From Octopus sinensis (taxonomy: Eukaryota): a stretch of DNA of 64,000 bases. Of this stretch, positions 53,385 through 63,990 are shown piece after piece. Where the stretch lies: contig NC_043004.1 in the NCBI RefSeq assembly GCF_006345805.1, forward strand, positions 40,176,001 through 40,240,000, in the 5' to 3' direction. The position numbers and the translations under genes are program-made. Numbering within the stretch: position 1 is the stretch's first letter; every line of letters starts with the position of its first letter. The notes beneath the pieces were generated by a model. The model ran no database searches and was not told the origin of the DNA. It saw only the letters and a list, made by a program, of their open reading frames with translations.

Positions 53385-53441
53385 TTTTTTTGATAAGGTT
53401 CATTTCAGGAACTGAAACATGTTATAATGTATATATAAAAA
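53385..53441 (+). ncRNA. Candidate hammerhead motif at the PLE 3' end (U3:A8 core, weak stem I)
   Basis: TTGATAA; stem II GGTTC/GAACT; GAAA; palindromic ACATGT; stem I ambiguous. Confidence 0.4.
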
Positions 53442-53485
53442 TTAAAAATTGTATAATACAGCAGCATTTTCGAACTTCATTTTTT

Positions 53486-53570
<85 letters not shown>

Positions 53571-53954
53571 TAGATAGATAGATAGATAGATATAGCTATA
53601 TGTGCACGTATAAATGTGCAAGCAGAAAAACCCACTCTCTCTCTCACCCACACACGCGCGCGCGCTCGTAGTGGCGTCAATTAATTTACTGACAAGACTA
53701 ATATCTGATGAGTAAACATTAACTGTTTTAATTATTTTCGTTTATTTGATCATGATTCAAACTAAATGTGAATACGAAGAAAATATTTTACTCTTTTGGA
53801 ATGATGCAACTTAAACATGAAAATTCTGAATCTGTTTAAGGTAATTATTGTCCTTATCAATAACATCACAAAAATTGAACGTTACTTAATTTAAGACATT
53901 TTCATTTTCTTTTATTTCTTTTTTGCAACAAAATACAATGTACGCATTAAAGAT

Positions 53955-54754
53955 CTCAAATTTTTTGTACAAGGCCAGCATTTTTTGGGGGAAGGGAGTA
54001 AGTCGACTACATTGGCACCAGTACACAACTGGTATTTATTTTATAGACCCTGAAAGGGTGAAAGATAGGCGAAGTCGACCTCAGCGGAATTTGGACTTGG
54101 AACGTGAAGACGGATGAAATGCAGCTAAGCATTTCGCCCGGCGTACAAACGATTCTTATTTCTTTATTGCCCACAAGGGGCTAAACATAGAGGAGACAAA
54201 CAAGGACAAAGGGATTAAGTTGATTACATTGACCCTAGTGCGTAACTGGTACTTAATTTATCGACCCCGAAAGGGTGAAAGGCAAAGTCGACCTCAGCCG
54301 AATTTGAACTCAGAATGTAATAGCAGATGAAATACCTATTTCTTTACTACCCACAAGGAGCTAAACACAGAGAGGACAAACAAGGACAGACAAAGGGATT
54401 AAGTCGATTACATCGACCCTAGTGCATAACTGGTACTTAATTTATCGACCCCAAAAGGGTGAAAGGCAAAGTCGACCTCGCCGGAATTTGAACTCAGAAT
54501 GTAATGGCAGACAAAATACCTATTTCTTTACTACCCACAAGGGGCTAAACACAAAGAGGACAAACAAGGACAGACAAAGGGATTAAGTCGATTACTTTGA
54601 CCCTAGTGCGTAACTGGTACTTATTTAATTGACCCTGAAAGGATGAAAGACAAAGTCAACCTCGGCGGAATTTGAACTCAGAACGTAGCGGCAGACGAAA
54701 TACCGCTAAGTATTTCGCCCGGCGTGCTAATGTTTCTGCCAGCTCGCCGCCTTT
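53955..54754 (-). mobile_element. SINE family B multimer (head plus three ~184-bp body-tail units plus a terminal unit)
   Basis: tatttcttta at 54157, 54337 and 54521. Confidence 0.9.
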
Positions 54755-55020
54755 CTATGCATTACAGATCGAGTAGAACAAAATCATGTGGGACCATTTC
54801 TTGGTCGAATGCGCAATATTTCTTGAAAGAGTATCTCATGCGAAGCATTGAATCTATAAGTTTGATGATCACGTGATCTGAAATTTTTAAATTTTTTATC
54901 TTTTATTTTTTATCTTTTACTTGTTCCAGTTATTGAACTGCGGCCATCCTGGGGCACCGCCTTAAATAGTTAAACCGTACAGATCGACCCCCAGTATTGA
55001 TATTTTCAAAACCTGGTACT

Positions 55021-55182
55021 TATACATTATTTACATTTGAGGACAATAATATTTGTCCTCATCTTGTTTGTTGTTAACACAACGTTTCGGCTGATGTACT
55101 CTCCTGCCTTCATCAGGTGGCCTGTGAGAATTTCGAACCTGGGTTCTAATTCCTAAGGTATTTTTCCGATGTTGTTGTTGTA

Positions 55183-55234
<52 letters not shown>

Positions 55235-55340
55235 TATTATTATTATTATTTTATTATTATTATTATTATTATTCAGGTCACTGCCTGGAATCAAACTCGG
55301 AATTTTGGGGTTAGTAGCCCGCACACTTAATCACTGGTTT
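55021..55340 (-). mobile_element. tRNA-headed SINE-like element: head-(AAT)n-unique body-hammerhead-tail
   Basis: A-box-like cagtgattaa and B-box-like agtttgattcc at ~55275-55336; hammerhead at 55077-55119. Confidence 0.65.
55077..55119 (-). ncRNA. Minimal type I hammerhead ribozyme, canonical core
   Basis: Minus strand: CAC-CTGATGA-A-GGC(aggagagtacatca)GCC-GAAACGTT-GTG; palindromic AACGTT. Confidence 0.75.
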
Positions 55341-55859
55341 GGACATGAATCTGTGGAAACAGCTACATGAAAGGAATTCACTGAGAACCATGATGAACAG
55401 AATTCCAATTCCCTCTGGATTTTTATGCTAAAAGCATCTGTTTATAAGCCATCATTAAAATAAAATTCTAGAACTTATCACGTGAACGAGTTCTGATTGG
55501 CTGAAATTGGATCTGCATGTATGATAAGCTCACAATTTACATCTGATTGGAAAGAAGTGAGGTTGATTCGCTAGCCAAATTCATATAGAATCTACACAGA
55601 ACAGAGATGTCTAATAGACCTTCTATATTTAAATGTGTTGCTAAAGTTTTCGCTTCCTCATTCATTATGTTGTATGTACTTGGTTTCTATTTTTAAATTA
55701 TATTTTATACTATTTGATGACAATTTGCTGTCTGTATATCTGACTAGGTCATATTAATTTTCACTTTTGTCAGCACTTACTAATATATTATTACAGGTGT
55801 TGCAAGATGATAAAGTGTTCAGTTAATGTGTTCTGGAAGACAACAGACACACCTTTTGT

Positions 55860-55894
55860 CACACATATGTATGTTTATATGCATTCATCTGTGC

Positions 55895-55926
<32 letters not shown>

Positions 55927-56306
55927 GTAGGTATGTATTTATGTATGTATATATATATATATATATATATGTACATAAGTATATATACACATGTGTGTAT
56001 ATATGTATATATATATATATATATACACACACATACACATATATATATACATATATATACATATATATACATATATATACATATATATTATATATATATA
56101 TATATATTCATATACATATATACATATACATATATACATATATACATATATATATACATATATATATGCATATATGCATATATGTATATATATATATATA
56201 CACATATATATATACACACATATATACACATATATATATCCATATATATATATGTATATATTTATATATATTTAATTGTCTGTATGTATATGTATATATA
56301 TATAGG

Positions 56307-56354
<48 letters not shown>

Positions 56355-56392
56355 TGTATGTATGTATGTATGTATGTATGTATGTATGTATG

Positions 56393-56453
<61 letters not shown>

Positions 56454-56529
56454 CATGCATACATTCATTCATGCTCAGATATACATGCGTATGTGACTGT
56501 ACTTGTGTGTTTGTGTGTGCGTCTGTGCA

Positions 56530-56561
<32 letters not shown>

Positions 56562-56580
56562 TGTGCATGTGTGTGTAACA
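55860..56580. repeat. Degenerate (TA)/(CATA)/(TG) microsatellite
   Basis: Directly visible. Confidence 0.95.
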
Positions 56581-57089
56581 CAACTATATCTGTCTGGCAT
56601 TACTTTTTATAAAATATTATTTCATCACTAAGGCAATTGTAAAGTGGCATACTGCATATGTCTAGATTAATAATCTATTTCAGATATGATTACATATTTT
56701 TAATATATTTTTTTAAAATTCATGTCAGTCATTATATTATCATTTCTTGAAATACCAATCCACTTCACTTCATTAAACTGTGATATGCATTAGTGAATCT
56801 CTCAAAAATATGTACGTATGTATATATACACATATGTATATATCCTGGTTTTTGTTTTGGTTTGCATTTCATGCATGTTCTACCAAACAAGTATACTCAA
56901 ATTTAATGCGATATATAGATGCTTGTTTCAAGGATCTATATATCACATTAAAAATGCAATGTATTTCTTGCAGATATATATATATATATATATAAATTAT
57001 ATATGAGGATAATATCGATATTTAAGTTTCGAAATTATCAAGTGGCCAGCATGAAAGAAATACCTTACAAAGGTAAAAAAATTTTTAAC

Positions 57090-57195
57090 AATTAAAAATG
57101 AGGGTGTCTAAAAGACATTTGAACATTTAACGTGGTACTATAGTCAGTGTTTCGACTGCTATTTCGGCATGTTGGTGTCTTTTAGACACCCTCAT

Positions 57196-57203
<8 letters not shown>
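57090..57203. repeat. Perfect 28-bp inverted repeat with a 58-bp spacer
   Basis: aattaaaaatgagggtgtctaaaagaca / tgtcttttagacaccctcatttttaatt. Confidence 0.92.
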
Positions 57204-57235
<32 letters not shown>

Positions 57236-57238
57236 TAT

Positions 57239-57389
57239 AGTGGCTGTGTGGTAAGTAGCTTGCTTACCAGCCACATGGTTCTGGGTTCAGTCCCACTGCG
57301 TAGCATCTTGGGCAAGTGTCTTCTACTATAGCCTCGGGCCGAACAAAGCCTTGTGAGTGGATTTGGTAGATGGACACTGAAAGAATCAC

Positions 57390-57392
<3 letters not shown>
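57239..57392 (+). mobile_element. SINE family A head
   Basis: agtggctgtgtggtaagtagcttgcttaccagccacatggttc. Confidence 0.88.
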
Positions 57393-57472
<80 letters not shown>

Positions 57473-57483
57473 GTATATATATA

Positions 57484-57525
<42 letters not shown>

Positions 57526-58020
57526 ATATATGTATATGCTATATATGCATACATACACACATATATATATATGTATGTATAATATACATACATACATACA
57601 TACATACACATATATATATATGTATATATATGCATATGTATATGTAGGTGAAAAATTCAGAGAGAAATTCCACATGATGGTAAATATAAAATAAGATTTA
57701 AGGTGGGAAAGCACTGAAATATTGTTTGTGTAGATAAAGATTATTTAATCAGTTACTATATTTACAGAGTCATCCGGTTTCACTTCGCTAATCATGACTC
57801 AATGTTATGAAATCATAATAAGTTTTTGATTTAATCTTGTGTAGAAGGAATTATGATACAGTTTTGCCATTATACAGGAGAGTATAGCTCAAGAGGAATA
57901 ATCAGTGAATATAAAGTTTTTTTAGCTAAAGTGATAATTAGTGGATATAGTATTTCTTAGTTACCTGGAGGTAAATCTTATTTCTGGTTGTTTTTTATTA
58001 TTTGTGAAGTCCATTCTATA

Positions 58021-58370
58021 TAATCATGTTAAGTTCTGGTTTGTATTTTTCAATAAATGTGGTCTCTTTATTTAGTTGTTGTTGAGTTGAGGTCATTTAC
58101 AGTATAGTAGGAATATTGTGAAGTATGGTTGGAGTATCTTAGCACATCTGAATATGTGACCACTGTGTGGTATTTGACGGTATTGAGGGTAGTAGATTTG
58201 TTGTCTGTGTAGTGTAGATCTACATCTTAGAGGCATTTCTGTTGAACATATATAGTCCCTACTGCAGCCAAGACATGTTATGACATAGATGAAATTTTCA
58301 GAGGTGCAAGTGAAGTCAGTTTAATTTTAAAGTTTTATTCTTGGTTAAAATGGAATTCTGAGCCTTCACA
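58021..58370 (-). pseudogene. Second, older PLE GIY-YIG endonuclease fragment
   Basis: EGSEFHF...TDFTCTSENFIYVITCLGCSRDYI..HRQQI..PQYRQIPHSGHIFRCA..IEKYKPELN, colinear with the 52140-52500 PLE protein. Confidence 0.82.
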
Positions 58371-58464
58371 CACACGCACACACACACATGTATATATATT
58401 AATACATATGTGTTTGCATGTATGGATATAGATACGTACATACATACATACATACATACATACA

Positions 58465-58495
<31 letters not shown>

Positions 58496-58593
58496 GTGTG
58501 TGTGTGTGTGTGTGTATGAAAGAGAGAAAAAGATATTGAGGAAAGTGACATATTAGTATATTAGTTCAATATAAATACATTTGTGTGTATGTG

Positions 58594-58632
<39 letters not shown>

Positions 58633-58663
58633 TGTACATATATATACATATATACATATACAT

Positions 58664-58708
<45 letters not shown>

Positions 58709-59106
58709 ATCTCTCTCTCTCTATATATATATATATGTATGTGTATACACACACATATGTATACATATAAATATATACATGTACATACATATATACACAT
58801 ATAAACACATACTCACACACACACATATAAGGAGGATCTACCCAGCTTGTTTTTTAATTAGCACGATGAAAAATAACTGCATAAAGACAGGTGAGAAGTG
58901 AAAAATTTTGCGTTACCTGAGCAGAATTCACATGAGACAAGATAAAACAAAAAATACTAAAAGAGACAGCATTATAACATCTATGCAATAATAATGCATC
59001 GTGTTTTTTATCAACCACAAGGGTTGACAAAATAGATTGAGTGCAGTACAAAATTACAAATATAATTATATAAATAGTTTACTCAGAAGAAACATGGGAT
59101 CGCATT

Positions 59107-59477
59107 AAATTACTTCCAGCCACTTTAAGTTTTTCAAATTTTCACAAGATTATTTTTAAGAGATGTAGCTTTCAAGCTAGTGATGAAAATTACATTCGTT
59201 TTTGGTGGGGTTTTTTTTTTTTGACTAGAAATTGATATTTTAGAAGTTACAAGAATTTACAGTGATGTAATTTTTGTAATGGAGGTTTTTGATTGGCTAA
59301 AATTACCTAACTTTAAATGCTTGCAACTTCTTTATTATTAATGTCTAGGATAAATAAATAAATAAATAAAACTAGGAATGTAATTTTCGTCATTACCGTG
59401 CAGAACTATATCAGAACTATATTTTTTGAAAATAACCTGATAAAAATTTACAAAACTTCAAGTGGTTGAAAGAAGTT
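59107..59477. mobile_element. Old long-TIR MITE
   Basis: ~95-bp degenerate inverted repeats (ccactttaagtttt..gaaaattacattc / gaatgtaattttc..aaacttcaagtgg). Confidence 0.55.
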
Positions 59478-59583
59478 TGACAAGATCAAAAAACTGTATA
59501 GATAAATGTGACCAAGCCATAGATGTGACCAGATCATAGATGTAATCAGATGATAGAGGTACAATAAAATATTTTGAAACTTG

Positions 59584-59887
59584 CTGTTTGTTCCTTCTCG
59601 GGCCATGCCTGGCTCATAAGGGCCGGTTTCCCGGTTACTTGGCGTATAGGTTCCCCACCTGGACTGGACGCCGGTCCGTCGCAGGTGAGCTGAAAGATGC
59701 AGGAGGAAAGAGTGAGAGAAAGTTGTGGCGAAAGAGTCAGCAGAAGTATCACCATTACCTTCTGCCGGAGACGCGTGAAGCTTAGGTGTTTCGCTCATAA
59801 ACACACACATCGGCCGGTCTGAGATTCGAACCCGTGATCCCTCGACTGCGAGTCCGCTGCTCTAACCACTAGGCCATGTGCCTCCAC
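59584..59887 (-). mobile_element. tRNA-headed SINE (family D-like head, different tail)
   Basis: Reverse complement gtggaggcacatggcctagtggttagagcagcggactcg...ggttcgaatctc. Confidence 0.8.
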
Positions 59888-59892
59888 TCAAA

Positions 59893-60136
59893 TAAATGCA
59901 CCCTTTTAAAGCCTAGCCAGGCTTATGGGCCTGGTTTCTATGGCGTATGTGTTCCCCAACTGGACGGGACGCTGGTCCATCACAGCGTTACTCATTTTTG
60001 CCAGCTGAGTGGACTGGAGCAATGTGAAATGAAATGTTTTGCTCAAGGACACAAAGCGTCGCCCGGTCCAGGAAACGAAACCACAATCTTACGATCATGG
60101 TGCTGACACCCTAATCACTAAGCCACGCGCCTTCAC
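59893..60136 (-). mobile_element. tRNA-headed SINE with a V-domain-like segment
   Basis: Head gtgaaggcgcgtggcttagtgattaggg; gctgtgatggaccagcgtcccgtccag. Confidence 0.7.
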
Positions 60137-60261
60137 ATTTTGAAACTTGTAGCTATTAAACACCAAGACATCTGAGACAAATTTTACCAAGGATATCAAG
60201 TTTCTTTGGGGCCGCCTCTTCTCCTGCGAGTGCTTATCTTCAACATCTTTTATCTTGTATT

Positions 60262-60458
60262 TTTTTTACTTGTTTTAGCCATTAGATTGCAGCCATATTG
60301 GGGCACCACCTGGAGGAATTTTAGTGACCTAATCAACCCCAGCATATATTTTCTTTTAAGCCTGGTATTCTATCAAATTATTTTGCTGAACTGCTAAGTT
60401 ATGGGGGGCATAAACACACCAACACTGGTTATCAAGTGATGGTGGGGGACAAATCCAG

Positions 60459-60489
<31 letters not shown>

Positions 60490-60612
60490 CAGACACACAC
60501 ACGTTCTGGCCAGCCTGAGACTATAGTAGAAGAGACTTGCCCAAGGTGCTACACATGGGGACTGAATCTGGAAACATGTCATTGAGAAGCAAGCTTCTTA
60601 CTTTACAGTCAT
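60262..60612 (-). mobile_element. Diverged SINE family A
   Basis: Colinear tail, body and head. Confidence 0.75.
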
Positions 60613-61081
60613 GTTTATGCTTAAGTGTACATATTATTCTATTGGCATTTTTTGCCAAACCGATAAGTTATGGGGACATAAACGCACGAACATTGGTTGT
60701 CAGGCGATAGTGAGAGGACAAACATAGACACACACACACACTCATATATATATATATATGTATATATATATACCCATGCTGGTGGCATGTAAAAAGCACC
60801 ATTCAAGCATGGTTGACGCCAGTCCCACCTGACTGGCTCTCATGCTGGTGGCACATAAAAAGCACTATTTTGAGCATGGTCGATGCTAGTACTACCTGAT
60901 TGGCCCCTGTGACAGTGGCACCTAAAAAGCACTCACTACACTCTCAGTGTGGTTGGCACTAGGAAAGGTATCCACCTATAGAAACCTTGTCAGATCAGAT
61001 TGGAGCCTGGTGCAGCCTTCTGGCTTACCAGAGTGGAAAGCGGATATTAAACAATTATCATGATGATGATGATATATATAT

Positions 61082-61445
61082 AGGAATGGCTGTATGATAA
61101 GTAGCTTGCTTACGAACCACATGGTTCCGGGTTCAGTCCCACTGCGTGGCACCTTGGGCATGTATCTTCTACAATAGCCTTGGGCTGACCAAAGACTTGT
61201 GAGTGGATTTGGTAGACAGAAACTGAAAGAAGCCCGTCGAATATATATTATATATATATATATGTATGCATGTGTATATGTCTGTGTGTCTGTGTTTGTC
61301 CCCATAACTTAACGGTTTGGCAAAAAAGACTGATAGAATAAGTACTAGGCTTACAAAGAATAAGGCCTGGGGTCGATTTCCTCGACTAAAGATGGTGCTC
61401 CAGCATGGCCACAGTCACATGACTGAAACAAGTAAAAGAGTAAGT
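61082..61445 (+). mobile_element. SINE family A
   Basis: Colinear with other copies. Confidence 0.88.
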
Positions 61446-61486
61446 GTAAAGAGTATATAGTATCTTATTTATATCCTTTCATATGT

Positions 61487-61544
61487 TCTACTGAGGAGGA
61501 AAAAATCTTTTATGAGATTAATTTCGAAATTGATTCAATATAGA
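61487..61544 (+). ncRNA. Type I hammerhead ribozyme, canonical core
   Basis: Stem I TCTA/TAGA; CTGAGGA; ~10-bp stem II with a 2x2 internal loop; GAAA; stem III ATTG/CAAT; AUA cleavage triplet. Confidence 0.72.
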
Positions 61545-61701
61545 TATAACAAACTTTTTTTTAAAATTCTAACGGCTGGCTTGCCTGATTACAGTTCTTC
61601 GTTTTTTCTGTAGCGAGTAAATAATATGTGGAAATTGACGATTTAATAGTCTGTTATCAGCATGTTGGCATTGAAATAATTTTCTTTAGCCCTCACTTAT
61701 A

Positions 61702-62993
61702 CGAGGGGCGTTCAATAAGTAATGCCCCTGACCCACTTCCTATAGCAGTAGAGCAACGAAACTTAGAACAGTTATTAGTCTTTTTCTACATAGGAATCAC
61801 CCAGAGTTACGCATTTCTCCCATCGTTTGATGCAGCTCTGAAGATCGTTTTTGTAGAAGACCCCAGCTTGGTCCTCCAACCACGACGTGACTTCAGAAAT
61901 CAAGGCTGCATCATCTGGGAAACGCTTTCCTTTCAAAAACAACTTCATGGCTGGGAAGAGGTGAAAATCAGAGGGTGCAAGGTCAGGAGAGTAGGGGGGA
62001 TGGGGGATGAGTTCATAGCCGCACGCCTGTGCTTCTGATCTGGCAACACGCGAGTTGTGGATGGAAGCGTTGTCCTGCAGGAGGAGGATGCCTTTGCTGA
62101 TCTTGCCCCGCCTCTTGATTTTGATAGCTTCTCTTAATTTCCTCAAAAGTGAAGCATAGTAGACTCCTGTAATTGTGGCACCCTTTGCCAGGAAATCTGT
62201 CTTCACTACTCCGTCGTAGTCCCAGAAGACTGTAAGCATGACCTTGCCAGCGGAGGGCTGCACCCTTGCCTTCTTTGGAGGAGGTGAGTCACGGTGATTC
62301 CACTGCATTGACTGGGCTTTGGTCTCTGGATCATAGTGATGGACCCAGGTTTTATCCTATGCAATCAGTTTTTTGAAAAATTTTGACTCATCTTCTTGGC
62401 ACATCTCCAAATTCATCCTCGAGCAATCGACGTGTTCTTGCTTCTGGAAAGGTGTGAGCAACCTGGGAATCCATCTTGCAGACACCTTTTGCATATGCAA
62501 ATGGTCATGAATGATAGTTTCCACAGACCCGGTACTAATCTTGACCTCATGGGCTATTTGGCGAATAGTTATGCATCGATCTTCCAAAATGGCAGCCTCA
62601 ACTTGACGGACAGATGCCTCATCAATGGCAGAAGGGGGCGACCAGATCTGGGAGCTGTTTCCACAGAGTTCTGACCATGTTTGAATTCACGATGCCAGCG
62701 TTTTACAAGGTCATATGATGGGGCATCATCACCATAAGTTACTTTCATTTCATCAAAAGCCTCCCGTGGTGTGCGTCCTTTCAAATACAAAAACCGGATC
62801 ACTGCTCGACACTCAACATGCTCCATTTCACACTTGACTCAGTTCAAACACCTGTAAATCGGAAACCACAATTTGTTCAGAGCTGTAATTTGCCACTTAA
62901 TCTATAGAGATATAAATAATTGCACATGCAAAATTTCAGCTAGATCAAACAACTGCAAGTGGGTCAGAGGCATTACTTATTGAACGCCCCTCG
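61702..62993 (-). mobile_element. Full-length mariner transposon (1292 bp)
   Basis: TA TSDs; 36-bp TIR CGAGGGGCGTTCAATAAGTAATGCC(C/T)CTGACCCACT with one mismatch. Confidence 0.97.
61775..62826 (-). pseudogene. Mariner DD34D transposase with one frameshift (~62635) and one nonsense codon (~62357)
   Basis: WIPRLL, DKTWVHHYDPE, QDNA-(34 aa)-D, YSPDLAPSDFHLF. Confidence 0.95.
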
Positions 62994-63123
62994 TAAGTTG
63001 TTTATAATTTTAACCGTAAAGGTATTTTAATATGCTGCCACATTTTTTGGTGAAATTTTTTTTCTGTAGAGAAAAAAAACTTTATCCTATATTAGTAGTA
63101 TATATATATATAATATATATATA

Positions 63124-63152
<29 letters not shown>

Positions 63153-63154
<2 letters not shown>

Positions 63155-63308
63155 CGACGGGCTTCTTTCAGTTTCCGTCTACCAGGTCCACTCACAAGGC
63201 TTTGGTCAGCCTGTGGCTCAAGTAGAAGACACTTGCCCATGGTGCCATGCAGTTGGAGAGAACCTGGAACCATATGGTTGGAAAACAAGCTTCTTACCAC
63301 ACAGCCAC
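63153..63308 (-). mobile_element. SINE family A head
   Basis: gacgggcttctttcagtttccgtctacc...cttcttaccacacagccac. Confidence 0.85.
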
Positions 63309-63492
63309 ATATATTTTGGGGATGAGAACGATTTTATTCCTACATTCCACTCCTATATGCCTGGTACAATATTCACATAAATAATCTAAAAATGAATTGG
63401 ACTAACATGACTCTTCCAAGGTGTGATTGTTTCAATTTAAATATACAGTCTTAAATTGCCAAGTGTAATGTCAATTTATGTGTATAATATCT

Positions 63493-63612
63493 GCTTACAG
63501 CCACATCACACTGAATGCACTAGTTGTCGTGTGATTACCGATGTTAAGCGATGTCAAGCTTTGTTCGTAATTAAATGGGTGACCACTTGGGAGCCCTAGG
63601 TGCTATATGCAT
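63493..63612 (+). pseudogene. 5S rRNA pseudogene (full length, diverged)
   Basis: Gapless 120-nt alignment to the remembered vertebrate 5S sequence, about two-thirds identity (gcttacagccac...gatgttaagc...atgggtgacc..tggga..ggtgct). Confidence 0.85.
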
Positions 63613-63622
63613 CTCACTTTAA

Positions 63623-63990
63623 TTTGGTGAGCTGGCAGAATTGTTAGCATGCTGGACAAAATGTTTAGCAGTATTCCATCTTTCTCTGTGTTCTGAGTTC
63701 AAATTCTGCCAAGGTCGACTTTGCCTTGTATCCTTTCAAGGTTGATAGAATAAATATCTGTTTCTGTATTACCCACAAGGGGCTAAACATAGAGGGGACA
63801 AACAAGGACAGACAAACGGATTAAGTCGACTGTATCGACACCAGTGCGTAACTGGTACTTAATTTATTGACACCGAAAGGATGAAAGGCAAAGTAAACCT
63901 CGGTGGAATTTGAACTCAGAACAAAACGGCAGACGAAATATGGCTACGCATTTCGCCCGGCATGCTAATGTTTCTGCCAGTTTGCCGTCC
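63623..63990. mobile_element. Tail-to-tail SINE B pair (+ 63623-63755; - 63766-63990)
   Basis: ggtgagctggcagaattgttagc head on plus; reverse-complement body and head to the window end. Confidence 0.85.

Larger units (their letters stand above)
51582..53445 (+). mobile_element. 5'-truncated Penelope-like element (RT C-terminus, Zn knuckle, GIY-YIG endonuclease, 3' pseudo-LTR)
   Basis: TDIYYKPTDSKQYLPFDSCHP, CGRPNCGIC, LIYVITCTGCNRQYIG, RM..HK..GH, KELYFIKKFRPSLN; one frameshift near 51975. Confidence 0.9.

Noticed and set aside
53705-53740. CTGATGAG as a hammerhead core
   Set aside because: No downstream GAAA at a stem II junction.
61628-62038. 136-aa plus-strand ORF
   Set aside because: Antisense shadow of the mariner transposase.
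63493-63612. Functional 5S rRNA gene
   Set aside because: Solitary, with about one-third of positions diverged from the conserved sequence, including the internal control region.
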